Shown piece by piece: positions 37,310 through 46,537 of a stretch of 51,905 nt of DNA (position 1 is its first letter; every line of letters starts with the position of its first letter). The position numbers and the translations under genes were made by a program. The notes under the pieces were generated by a model. It had not been told where the DNA came from. It saw only the letters and a list, made by a program, of their open reading frames with translations, and ran no database searches. The stretch comes from a virus. Its lineage: Duplodnaviria > Caudoviricetes. The stretch lies in the IMG/VR virus record IMGVR_UViG_3300021142_000042, positions 1 through 51,905 of that record; one strand, given 5' to 3'.

Positions 37310-40300
37310 ATGGCAAACCCGACGCCAATCCAACCCAATGCAATGCGCGCCGCGTCCGATCCCATGGGCGAGGCTTCGCAGGCGTGGGCTGCTGGCGTGG
37401 ATCCTGCGGCAAGGGCGGCGTTGAAGGCGTTGCGCACGTCGCAGGGTGTGGCCAAGCGCGCGAAGCAGGAAGCGGCACTTCCGACGTTGGAAGAAGAAGG
37501 AACGGCGGGCACTGAAGAAGCGCAAAACCAGCCCACGATCCAGCGCGACGTTGAGTGGTCCCCCGTGTCTCGTGCAATCGGCGTGCTGCTGGGTGCAGGA
37601 CACGGCGCAACTGCGGACTTTGGCAACTCGTACCTGACCGGCAAGAGGCGGGCGGAAGCGGATCGCAAGGAACGTCGGGGAGAACCCAAGACGGCTGCGG
37701 AGTACGCTGCATCTCGCGGCATGAACGCGCTGACTGACTTGTGGGACATGACCACGATGGTTCCGGGTTTGGCGGCTGAAGTGCTGTTGCCGCAAGAGGC
37801 GCCTCCTGGAACTGAACACGAGACGAACCTTGAGCGTTCGCTGCGCGGGTTTGGCGAGGGCGCGAAGATCGGCAAGGGCGTAGCGCAAGGGCTGATCGGC
37901 GGCACTGCCGACGTTCTGGAGCATCCGCTTGAATCGCTGGAGTCGCGCCCGTTCACCACGGCGGCAACGTACCTGCCGGGCATTCGCGCGCTGCGTAACG
38001 CTGGCAAGGCCGCGCACGCGTCAATGGCAGGAGAGTCGCATGTTCACCCCGTGGACGTGGAGACGCAACCCGGCAAGGTCGGTCCTGAACACCCCGTCAC
38101 GCCGCAAGCTGACATTCACGGAGAAGGCGCATTCGACCGCGCTGCCGCCAAGGTGAAAGATGCGTTTCGCGGCATCGGCGGCAAGTGGGCGGACCAGTAC
38201 CTTGCCAAACTCGCCAACGGCTTTCACGCGGGCGATCCCATCGTCACCGCGTTCGTGTCTGACTTGGCGCGGGCAGAAGAACACGCGACGGCGCGGTTGA
38301 AGGCGTCGGCGGAGAAGGTCGCGTCTGCTGTCGGTCGTGACGTGTCCAAGCCGCGTGCGCCCGTTCACAAGGGCAAGCCTATGCCGGGATTGCCTGTCGA
38401 GTCGCAGGTTGCGATTCCGGGCGAGCGGCACCTGCAAACCGAGCACGACCTTGCGCGCGGTCTGATCCCGCCAGAAGAACGCGTTGTCGGTCAGGAAGTT
38501 GGCGGCGGTCGCAAAGACCCGCTCACGTACTCGCGCGAAGTGCAGGACGGCAATCCGCTGGGCGACATTCCCGCGCTGCAACCCGAGACGCATCCAGCGA
38601 TCGAGGCGCACGTCAACGAATTGATGGACGCGGCGAACCTGACGCCAGAAGAACGGCGGCAGTTCAAGCCTGCAATCACGCACGACGTGATGCTGCACGC
38701 CGCTGACATCGTCGGTCACGACGGCGAGACAGCAAACTGGCGCGGGCAGATGCACGGCAACCCCGAGCACTTTGCCAATGCGTATCTTGAAGCGGTGGAG
38801 CGCGAACACGGTCGTCCGCTGAACCCCAACGAAAAGGCGACGCTGCTGGAAGCATTGGATCCTCGCAGCGAGGACGCGACGAAAGCGCCCCGCACGGGTT
38901 TGGAGACTGGCAAGAAGCAGGAGTTTGTGCACGCGCAAGAAGTCGCGCCCAATCCTGAAGGCGGCGTAGATCGCGCGTTGGATGCGGAAGAACTGCCGAT
39001 CAGCGAGCAGGATGCACGCAAGGCGCGGCAGAAAGCGATGGACACGGCAGAACGTGACGCGATGCGTTTGCGCGCTGCTGCCGCTGCCCACGAAGAACAC
39101 GCGCTTACCGCACAGCACGAACACGGACGCGCCAAGAACGCGGCGGCAGAAGCGAACTATCACGCTGTTGGCGCTGCTGACGAGATGAGCAATCGCCGGT
39201 CAGAGGCGCAGCAAGCCAGGTGGGCGGCGGATACGGCGCAGAAGTTGGCGCGGGACAAGGCGCAGAAGGCTATCGTCGCGAAGGCTGCTGCGGACAAGGC
39301 CGCTGAGCGTTTGCGCGTTGCAGTCGAAGCCGGAGACAAGCCGGAGCGCATCAAGGAATTGAAAGCGAACGCTGACGCGCTAGAAGCGACTGCCGCGACC
39401 GTTGCCGACGAAGCCTCTGAAATGGTCGCAGAGTCTCGCCGTGCTGCCGAATTGGCCAAGATTCGCGCCACAACCGCCGCGACCGCAGAACAGCGCCACG
39501 CCGCCGCCCGTCAAGCGCACATCGCCGCTAAGCGCGCGGAAGGCGTCGCCAAGACGATTGCAGACCGTGCAGCGGCGAAGCACGACGCAGCCCGTGAAGC
39601 GCATCTTGCAGCCGAAGCGGAAGCCGAGAAGGCGGGAGTCGAGCCGCACAAGTTTGAAGCGCGCCGACTTGTCCGCACAAGCGTCGTCCCGCACCTGAAC
39701 GGAATCCCGTTCGACCCAGCGAAACTTGTCCCGCCGCGTGTCCTGACGCCTGCTGAACGCGCCAAAGCGTTTCAGTCGTCGTTCAAGAACATGCAGGAGC
39801 GGTACAAGGGACGGCAGGAAATGGGGCGCAAGTTGGAAGCGCACGCCAACCAGTTTGAATCCATCCCCGACGACGAAGTACCTGAGAACTTCCGGCACAC
39901 GGTGCAAGTTGCGACGTTCGATAAGCCCACGGGAGAACTTGTCAGCGGTGCGGAGAGCAAGACAGCGGCGCAGAACACTCTCGCGAAACTGGCTTACGGC
40001 ATTGTGCGCGGGATCCAGAACGGCGACATGCGCCCCGTGGTACTGCCGCAAGGTGTGCGCGCCCCGTTTCTTCGCGGCATCATCGAATCGGCTACGCACG
40101 ACATGCCGGAAGCGGAACGCGCCAAGGTCAAGAAAGTCGCGCGCCAGGTCGGTGGCTATAAGATGATGGACCCCGACACCGGATACGGTGAAAAGACGTG
40201 GGGCGATCCGCTTGTCAACGACGCGCTGAAGTGGCACGCACGCGCCAGCAAACCCGGCAAAGGCGTCTTGCACGAGATTACGCAGGCTCTCAAGGGCAAC

Positions 40301-42073
40301 GTCACTGGCAAGTCGCTCGCGGGCGGCATCAACAACGCGCTTCCCAACCTGAACGCCACGGCGATCCATCGCGGGCTTGGTCCGGTCGAGTTTGTCGCCA
40401 AGGCGGAAACGCTGATGCGCAACCTGAAGAAATGGGGAGAAACCGGCAAGGTCGAGTCTGGACCGATCGGGAAAGCCGCGCAGAAAGCGGGCGTCATTTC
40501 CGACGATGCGATGCAAGCGCGGGCGTTTGACGCGCTGGCGAAAGCAGGCAATCAGTCGCTGGACTTCGTATCGAAGGAACTTGGCGAACGGCAATTGTCG
40601 CCTGCCGAGAAACTGCGCATGAACAAGGCTCTCGCGTGGTTCCGCGACCCGCAGACCGACTTGCCGACGACGAAGTTCTCCAAGTGGTTCTACCAGCACG
40701 GAGATCACATCCTGCGCGTGGAAGAAGGCGTGATGCAGTTTGAGCAGAAGGCTCGCAGCATCGACGAGTTGAAAACGGGGCAGTACCAAGACCTGCAAAT
40801 TGACCGCAACCGGACGATCCGCATCGGCAAGGAAGGCGATCGCTACACGGCGCAAGACCCGTTTGCCGAGAAGGCAGCAGACCGCAAGCCGCGCTACGTC
40901 AGCAAGGAAAAGATCGACGAATTGATCGGCAAGGATGCGACTCTGCGCGCGTCCGACATCGTTCAGGACTACGGGGATTTGCCGCAGTCTGCCAAGGCTG
41001 TGAAGTCCCTGCACAACAATGGCAGCGAGGTGTTTACGCCGTTCGTGTCGTGGGCTGCGTCGTCCGTGGATGCGCCGTTCAAGGCGGGCTTGCTATCCAA
41101 GACGCTGTTCAAGTCGCCGTACGAGATGCACACGAATAACCCCGCCGCGCTGGCTCGTGCAGCCCGTGCGGAAGCAGGACTTGCGCTGCGTCGCGCTGTG
41201 TGGATCAACGGCGTGCGGTCGCAACTTGAGCAGCAGGGCGCGAACGGTCCACTTGCCGACGCCTATCGCCGGTCGAGCGATGACGATCAATCCATCATTA
41301 TCGGCAATCTGACAAACCCGCATGTGATTCAAGGCGTCCCGCTGGATCAAACGGCGCAGATTGGCGGCACAGGCGCAATCGTCGGTGGCTTGGCTGGGCT
41401 TGCGACGCTGGCGCAACGGTTGCACGAGACTGAAGGCGCCAAGTCCGGCGCACAGCACGAGTTCAGCAAAGCCGTGCGCGACGCCATGTCGGGCAAGGAT
41501 TTCAGCGTCAAGAAAGCGATGCGGCTGGCGTACCTGTCTGGCGGTCCGCTGCTGCGCATCTACGACGCAATGCAGGGCACTGGCGACGCTGGAGACGTGG
41601 CGCGTTCGCTGGGCAACTCCGTCATCGGCGGAACAAACGCGGGCATCCTGCGGGCCGTTGCGGGCGCCGCCAGCGACAAGGGCAAGGAAACGCACCCGCG
41701 TTTGCCGGAAGGCGCGGCCAGCGATTTTCTCGCCAAGGCGTCAGGGCGCAACCGCTCGCTGGGTGAAACCGCCAAGGGATCGCAGCCGCTGATTCAGTGG
41801 ATGGTGCAGCAAATCATCGGCTTGGGCTGGCAGGCTAAGGACTTTGACCCGACGAACCCCAAGATGGTGGTTCAGTACACGAAGATGATCAAGCAGGCGA
41901 TGAAAGAGGGCTTGAAAGTGCCGCCGCATCAAGAACTGCGCAACATGAAGGGCAAGGACGCACGACCGCTGGAACGCATCGAGCACGCGATCGACTTGAC
42001 CATCGACCACGTTAACCAGCAGTACATGCGGGTCTACCGTATTCTCCACAGCAAGGCCACAGCGCCGAAGTAG
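37310..42073 (+). CDS. Large internal virion / DNA-ejection protein (1587 aa)
   Basis: Largest ORF, helical, with an Ala-rich coiled coil and C-terminal VQDYGDL..FTPFVSW motif seen in large podoviral ejection proteins. Confidence 0.6.
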   Translation: MANPTPIQPNAMRAASDPMGEASQAWAAGVDPAARAALKALRTSQGVAKRAKQEAALPTLEEEGTAGTEEAQNQPTIQRDVEWSPVSRAIGVLLGAGHGATADFGNSYLTGKRRAEADRKERRGEPKTAAEYAASRGMNALTDLWDMTTMVPGLAAEVLLPQEAPPGTEHETNLERSLRGFGEGAKIGKGVAQGLIGGTADVLEHPLESLESRPFTTAATYLPGIRALRNAGKAAHASMAGESHVHPVDVETQPGKVGPEHPVTPQADIHGEGAFDRAAAKVKDAFRGIGGKWADQYLAKLANGFHAGDPIVTAFVSDLARAEEHATARLKASAEKVASAVGRDVSKPRAPVHKGKPMPGLPVESQVAIPGERHLQTEHDLARGLIPPEERVVGQEVGGGRKDPLTYSREVQDGNPLGDIPALQPETHPAIEAHVNELMDAANLTPEERRQFKPAITHDVMLHAADIVGHDGETANWRGQMHGNPEHFANAYLEAVEREHGRPLNPNEKATLLEALDPRSEDATKAPRTGLETGKKQEFVHAQEVAPNPEGGVDRALDAEELPISEQDARKARQKAMDTAERDAMRLRAAAAAHEEHALTAQHEHGRAKNAAAEANYHAVGAADEMSNRRSEAQQARWAADTAQKLARDKAQKAIVAKAAADKAAERLRVAVEAGDKPERIKELKANADALEATAATVADEASEMVAESRRAAELAKIRATTAATAEQRHAAARQAHIAAKRAEGVAKTIADRAAAKHDAAREAHLAAEAEAEKAGVEPHKFEARRLVRTSVVPHLNGIPFDPAKLVPPRVLTPAERAKAFQSSFKNMQERYKGRQEMGRKLEAHANQFESIPDDEVPENFRHTVQVATFDKPTGELVSGAESKTAAQNTLAKLAYGIVRGIQNGDMRPVVLPQGVRAPFLRGIIESATHDMPEAERAKVKKVARQVGGYKMMDPDTGYGEKTWGDPLVNDALKWHARASKPGKGVLHEITQALKGNVTGKSLAGGINNALPNLNATAIHRGLGPVEFVAKAETLMRNLKKWGETGKVESGPIGKAAQKAGVISDDAMQARAFDALAKAGNQSLDFVSKELGERQLSPAEKLRMNKALAWFRDPQTDLPTTKFSKWFYQHGDHILRVEEGVMQFEQKARSIDELKTGQYQDLQIDRNRTIRIGKEGDRYTAQDPFAEKAADRKPRYVSKEKIDELIGKDATLRASDIVQDYGDLPQSAKAVKSLHNNGSEVFTPFVSWAASSVDAPFKAGLLSKTLFKSPYEMHTNNPAALARAARAEAGLALRRAVWINGVRSQLEQQGANGPLADAYRRSSDDDQSIIIGNLTNPHVIQGVPLDQTAQIGGTGAIVGGLAGLATLAQRLHETEGAKSGAQHEFSKAVRDAMSGKDFSVKKAMRLAYLSGGPLLRIYDAMQGTGDAGDVARSLGNSVIGGTNAGILRAVAGAASDKGKETHPRLPEGAASDFLAKASGRNRSLGETAKGSQPLIQWMVQQIIGLGWQAKDFDPTNPKMVVQYTKMIKQAMKEGLKVPPHQELRNMKGKDARPLERIEHAIDLTIDHVNQQYMRVYRILHSKATAPK

Positions 42074-42079
42074 GACACC

Positions 42080-43087
42080 ATGGCTATTCAACCGCTCTTC
42101 AAATCCTACGCCGGAACCCTCGGCGGATCGCCCATCGCCTACAACGTGCAAAACGACCTGGAAGGGAATACGGCGGATTACGTCATCGTCATTCCGGGCG
42201 GCACGGGAGACGGCGTCGTTGTCACGATTGGCACGGTGACGATCCCTGTGCCGTTGGGCGTTGGTCTGACGATTCCGGGTCCGGTGTCGTCCATCTCGCT
42301 TGGCGCTGGAACGAACACGTACGTCATTTGGGCTGGCGTCGGCGTAGCCCCCTCGTTCTTTCTTGCCGCGTCCGGTGGTGGCGGAGGCGGAGGCGGTGCG
42401 CCTGCGGAAGCGCCTTACCTGCTGAACACCGACGCGCCTGTGTCGCAGCTGCCGAACGCGACGACGATCCGCGCGCTTGCTATGCCGGTAGATTACATCT
42501 GGCCAGCATCGTCGCCTTCTGGCGCGGCCGCGCCCTTGCGCGTGTACACGACCAACGTCGCCAATCCCCCGACTACGGGCGGCGGCGTGGCGTTGCCATT
42601 CCGCTACAAGTCCAGCAGTGGCGAGCAGACGATTGCGCAGATTGGCGCGGTCTGGACCGTCGTCACGGACCCAGCGCATCCCGAGGGAGCGCTTGCGTTT
42701 GCGCTTGGCGCCGACGAGACGCTGGCGATGCTGCTGACAAAAGACAAGATGCAGTTTGCGGCGCCGACTGAGATCACTGGGATCAAGGACGGCACAAGCG
42801 CAACATCGGGCGCGGCGGTCGGTCAGTTCTCCGGCACGATTGCGACCATCTTGACAGGCCAGAGCTCGATTTCGTTTTATGTCGGGCCCAAGTTCAACGG
42901 CAAGCCCGTGCAGGTCACGCTCGCGTCGATTCCCGGCACCGCGATTGCCGCAACGCCCATTGCTTTCCAAGGCGTCGTGAGCGGCGGCTACTGCATCGTG
43001 TCCGTCATCGACACAACCAACGGGTCGCTGCTCTCGGGCGGCGTACTGACCGCCATCGACGTGGCTGTCACCATCATGGCGGTTTGA
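42080..43087 (+). CDS. Virion structural protein (fibre/decoration-like)
   Basis: AGGA RBS. Beta-rich domains joined by a poly-Gly linker, then APAEAPYL and ITGIKDGTSAT motifs. Confidence 0.6.
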   Translation: MAIQPLFKSYAGTLGGSPIAYNVQNDLEGNTADYVIVIPGGTGDGVVVTIGTVTIPVPLGVGLTIPGPVSSISLGAGTNTYVIWAGVGVAPSFFLAASGGGGGGGGAPAEAPYLLNTDAPVSQLPNATTIRALAMPVDYIWPASSPSGAAAPLRVYTTNVANPPTTGGGVALPFRYKSSSGEQTIAQIGAVWTVVTDPAHPEGALAFALGADETLAMLLTKDKMQFAAPTEITGIKDGTSATSGAAVGQFSGTIATILTGQSSISFYVGPKFNGKPVQVTLASIPGTAIAATPIAFQGVVSGGYCIVSVIDTTNGSLLSGGVLTAIDVAVTIMAV

Positions 43088-43097
43088 CCGCTTAACG

Positions 43098-43126
43098 TTG
43101 AAGGTGAGGGCGCGATGCCCTACACT
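43098..43126 (+). promoter_or_regulatory. Candidate sigma70 promoter
   Basis: TTGAAG, N17, TACACT, upstream of the GTTTAGTC motif at 43154. Confidence 0.45.
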
Positions 43127-43180
43127 TGCCCAAAGATGCCAGCCGCAACGCTGGTTTAGTCAGACAAAGGAAGGTGTACT

Positions 43181-44479
43181 TTGGCCAGAACGATTCCGCT
43201 CCCATCCGGCACAGGCAATGGCAACGGTTCCCCGTGGGGGCCGCGATCCTCGGACACCGGGACGCCGCTTTCTGGCGTTGCTCAGGCGTCGACGTTGACG
43301 ATCACCGGCACGCCGCAGCCGGACGTCGCGAAGGTCGAGTACAGCACGCTTGTTTGCGCGCCCGGTCCTCTCGGCGGCGACGTTGCGACCTTGACCGGCA
43401 GTTCCGCGTGGACCGCCACATCGGTTGCCGCTGTCGCCGATGTTTGGGACGCGCCTGTCGGCACGGCCACGGGCGGCGATACCTGCGATCTGACCATCGG
43501 CGCCACGACCTACTCCGCGCCGGCCGTCAATGGCGACGACGCGTCCACGGCTGCCGCTGTGGCGCTGGCGGCTGCGGCGGATGCTGACTACTTGGTGACG
43601 GCGGTGGGCACGAGCGTGCATTGCGTGCAGAAGTTTCCCGGCACCGCACCGAAGGTCATTTCCGCAGGCGTGACCGGGGCTGGCGGAACAACGTTCGGGC
43701 CTGCCGTCAACACGACGCCGGGTGTTCCGCAGTCCACGCAGCAGGAAATGGTGGACCTGCTGATCGCCGCGGCGGCTGGCGATACGCTCTGGACGTTCAC
43801 GGACGGTGGCGCCGGCGTCATCCACGGCGCGCATCAGGTCGCAGGTGTTACGGCTGATGCTGTCACGTCAGGCTACGTGCCGAACGACGGGGCGGGAACG
43901 TTCGTGACCGCCGTGCATCAGCCGGGGATCGCGGCGAACACTGCGCGCGTGCAGGACAACCTGGGGCACCTGTACCCGTACACGGTCCAAGGCGGCGACA
44001 CGAACGACGACATTGCCACGGGTCTCGCTGCGGCAATCAACGGCAACGACGGCTACAGCGCGTCCGCGTTGGGGCATGTCGTTTCCGTGCAGAACGCTGT
44101 CGGTGTCGCGTTCAGTTTCACAGACGCGTCCGTGAACGTCACCACGCCTGGAACTGTCATCACGTACGCCTTGGTTGCCGCTGGGTCGACCATCGTTGCG
44201 GCGGGCAGCCCGTTTCTCCTCCAAGCGTCGCGCGTGCAGTTTGGCGGCTTGTGGTGCGATTTGCTGGCAGGCACGGGTTGCACCGTCGTCCCGTGGTTCT
44301 GGAGCGGTCCCGCCAACGTGTTCGCAGCGCAGGCGCCGATCGTCATCACGGCGAACAAGTTTATCCCGCTGGACCTGTCTGCGGTCGACGGGCTGTTCAT
44401 TGAGCAGAAGACGTTTGTGGGCGGTGGCGTCGTCAAAGTGACGGCAACCGGCGCTCCTCTTGGTCCGGGCGGGATGTAA
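43181..44479 (+). CDS. Virion protein with nested sheath/flagellin-like modules
   Basis: TTG start after AAGGAAGG. GGDTNDDIATGLAAAIN and two related modules. Confidence 0.65.
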   Translation: MARTIPLPSGTGNGNGSPWGPRSSDTGTPLSGVAQASTLTITGTPQPDVAKVEYSTLVCAPGPLGGDVATLTGSSAWTATSVAAVADVWDAPVGTATGGDTCDLTIGATTYSAPAVNGDDASTAAAVALAAAADADYLVTAVGTSVHCVQKFPGTAPKVISAGVTGAGGTTFGPAVNTTPGVPQSTQQEMVDLLIAAAAGDTLWTFTDGGAGVIHGAHQVAGVTADAVTSGYVPNDGAGTFVTAVHQPGIAANTARVQDNLGHLYPYTVQGGDTNDDIATGLAAAINGNDGYSASALGHVVSVQNAVGVAFSFTDASVNVTTPGTVITYALVAAGSTIVAAGSPFLLQASRVQFGGLWCDLLAGTGCTVVPWFWSGPANVFAAQAPIVITANKFIPLDLSAVDGLFIEQKTFVGGGVVKVTATGAPLGPGGM

Positions 44480-44481
44480 CC

Positions 44482-44835
44482 ATGTCGACACTCTCAGCGA
44501 AAGCACGCGAGAAACTGCGTCCGTCTGACTTCGTGTTTCCCAAGACGCGGCAGTACCCGATTCCCGACGAAAATCACGCTCGGAACGCCCTTGCGCGGGT
44601 TGCGCAGTACGGCACGGCGGCGGAGAAGGCTGCGGTGCAAGCGGCGGTGCGGCGCAAGTTCCCGAAGATCGGCGCGCTGGCGGAGGCGGCTGCCAAGAAA
44701 CTGCACGCTGAGCCCAAGGGCGAACGCGACAAGGGCGGAGAGAAGCACGAGTCGGCTGCGGAAAAGCGGCGCGAGATGCTGTCGATGGCCGCCAAGCGCA
44801 AGTTGCACGCCATGCGGGCGCGCGGCGAGGGATAG
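44482..44835 (+). CDS. DUF6582-like basic protein
   Basis: REKLRPSDFVFPKTRQYPIPDENHARNALAR matches my recollection of the DUF6582 pattern. Confidence 0.65.
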   Translation: MSTLSAKAREKLRPSDFVFPKTRQYPIPDENHARNALARVAQYGTAAEKAAVQAAVRRKFPKIGALAEAAAKKLHAEPKGERDKGGEKHESAAEKRREMLSMAAKRKLHAMRARGEG

Positions 44836-44962
44836 CCGTGGATCACTGCCTTCTCGCGGACAAGAAATGCCCGCTCGGTCTTGACAACTTCCTCGCCCAA
44901 CTGGCAGATAACCACGACACGGCCGCGTATCTGCTCGGCCAACGCGACGCCTAGAGGACACG

Positions 44963-45337
44963 ATGACGCCACCGCTTTCTCACCGATCCAAACTGCTTCA
45001 TGACATCCGCAACCTGAGCGGAATCGACCTGACCAAGATGAAGGTGCAGGCGATGATCACGATCAGTGGCGTCCTGTTTTCGGCAGTCGGAACCGGCGCC
45101 GTGTTGTCCTGGCAGGCCGGAAGTCGCTGGACGACGTTCGAGCTTGCGCAGACGGAGCGCGACAAGAAGATCGCCATCGCCATCGGCAAAGTCCAGAGCC
45201 ACGACGGCGCACTTGTCGAGTTGAAAGTGCGGCAAGATGGCTTCGACAAGTACTGCTGCGCTGGAGCTTCCGCGCACACTGTCGGTCTGTTCGATGTGAT
45301 GACGCTGGCGACGATTCCGCCACAGAGGACCAAATGA
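44963..45337 (+). CDS. Single-TM membrane protein (holin or i-spanin candidate)
   Basis: Hydrophobic AMITISGVLFSAVGTGAVLSW followed by coiled coil, in the lysis region. Confidence 0.5.
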   Translation: MTPPLSHRSKLLHDIRNLSGIDLTKMKVQAMITISGVLFSAVGTGAVLSWQAGSRWTTFELAQTERDKKIAIAIGKVQSHDGALVELKVRQDGFDKYCCAGASAHTVGLFDVMTLATIPPQRTK

Positions 45338-45513
45338 AACTCATTCCCATCCTGTTCCTGATGTTTACCGCGCTCGCTCTGGCCTCATGCGGCAAGCCCG
45401 TCCTGAACGCTGCTGCTGCCGGCATTGAAGGTCTGCCCGTTGACGCGACGCCGTGCGTGCTGCCTGCGATTGTGACCGCGGAGGACGCGACGCCGATTTG
45501 TGATGCGCGATGA
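45334..45513 (+). CDS. Small lipoprotein (o-spanin candidate), 59 aa
   Basis: Not in the ORF track. MKLIPILFLMFTALALAS|CGKP lipobox, coupled to both neighbours. Confidence 0.7.
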   Translation: MKLIPILFLMFTALALASCGKPVLNAAAAGIEGLPVDATPCVLPAIVTAEDATPICDAR

Positions 45514-46166
45514 TCAACGGACTAGACTTGAGCCACTGGAACGGCGACGTGGATTGGCCGTCAATCGCTGGCGCCGGCATCCGCTTTGCTTGGGCGAAAG
45601 CCAGCCAAGGACAGGCTAACCGTGACGAACGCTGGACGGCTGGGCGGCGCAAGGCGGCATTGGCTGCGGGCGTGCGGATCGGCGCGTACCACTTCGCCGA
45701 CCTGTCGCAGACGCCAGAGGCAAACGCCCAGAACTTCGCAGACGCCATCGACGCGCTTGACGTTGGCGGTCTCATCCCTGCGCTGGACGTGGAAAGCGGC
45801 GGACTGCCCGAACACATGACAGCCGACGAGATCATGGCGTGGTGCGCGCGTTTCGCTGCGGCATTTCGCGCCGTCATCGATACGCCGCTTGTCCTGTACA
45901 CGGACCACGGCACGCTGATCAACCGCATGGACGGCGGGCGGTCGGAACTGCTTGCAGCGTACCCGTTCCTCTGGATTGCGCGGTACACGAACGCGGCAGA
46001 CCCCGGCGAGTGCGGCGCTTGGGACAAGTGGACGGCGTGGCAGTGGACGCAGGGCGGCAAGGTTGCTGGCATCGTCGGCAACGTGGACTTGAACCGGATC
46101 GCGACGGAAGATGACCTGAACGCTTTGACGATCCATGACCCGCAGTTGGCGCAACCGGGCGTCTGA
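45510..46166 (+). CDS. GH25 muramidase endolysin
   Basis: GLDLSHWNGDVDW, KASQG, GAYHF, ALDVE, LWIARY, WQWT..G.VAGI.GNVDLN. Confidence 0.93.
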   Translation: MINGLDLSHWNGDVDWPSIAGAGIRFAWAKASQGQANRDERWTAGRRKAALAAGVRIGAYHFADLSQTPEANAQNFADAIDALDVGGLIPALDVESGGLPEHMTADEIMAWCARFAAAFRAVIDTPLVLYTDHGTLINRMDGGRSELLAAYPFLWIARYTNAADPGECGAWDKWTAWQWTQGGKVAGIVGNVDLNRIATEDDLNALTIHDPQLAQPGV

Positions 46167-46238
46167 CTGCTAGACCTACCGAACGGCGTTGACCCGTTCT
46201 ATTGCGCGCGGCACAATCACCAAGGGCTTTGGTGCAGG

Positions 46239-46267
46239 TTGTACGCCTTGACCAGATAGCCTATGCT
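46239..46267 (+). promoter_or_regulatory. Candidate sigma70 promoter for the tRNA-like RNA
   Basis: TTGTAC, N17, TATGCT. Predicted start near 46274, the first base of the acceptor stem. Confidence 0.6.
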
Positions 46268-46273
46268 TTCAAT

Positions 46274-46357
46274 GGGCGCGTTGGGGGAGAGGTCCATCCC
46301 AATTCAGTCGCAAGGCTGGAGAAACAACCCGAAGGTTCGAATCCTTCACGCGCCCCC
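46274..46357 (+). ncRNA. tRNA-like RNA without a canonical anticodon loop
   Basis: Acceptor GGGCGCGT/ACGCGCCC, D-arm GGGG-AGAGGTCCA-TCCC, T-arm GAAGG-TTCGAAT-CCTTC. The anticodon arm is TTCAGTC-GCAA-GGCTGGA. The 3' end reads CCG, not CCA. Confidence 0.75.
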
Positions 46358-46537
46358 GTCCGAACACCGATGGAGAAACGACCGCTCTGTGTGGATCGCC
46401 AAACGGACCGGGCAATCCTGCTTGATGTGGAACCAACCGAGCAATGCGCTCGGTCCACATCGGCAGAACAAACGAATGAGGCGACATGAAACAAGGAATG
46501 CGCCGCAGGATGTTTCAAGCCTTCACCGGGCCGCCGC

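Noticed and set aside
20396-42970. Long minus-strand ORFs (20396-23215, 31501-34035, 33929-35806, 35852-38017, 39380-41014 and others)
   Set aside because: Antisense shadows of GC-rich structural genes: Arg/Val/His-rich, with no RBS or motifs.
46274-46357. Canonical tRNA-Cys(GCA), tRNA-Ala(CGC) or tRNA-Sec
   Set aside because: No register places these triplets in a 7-nt loop on a paired 5-bp stem. There is no UCA anticodon or long paired variable arm.
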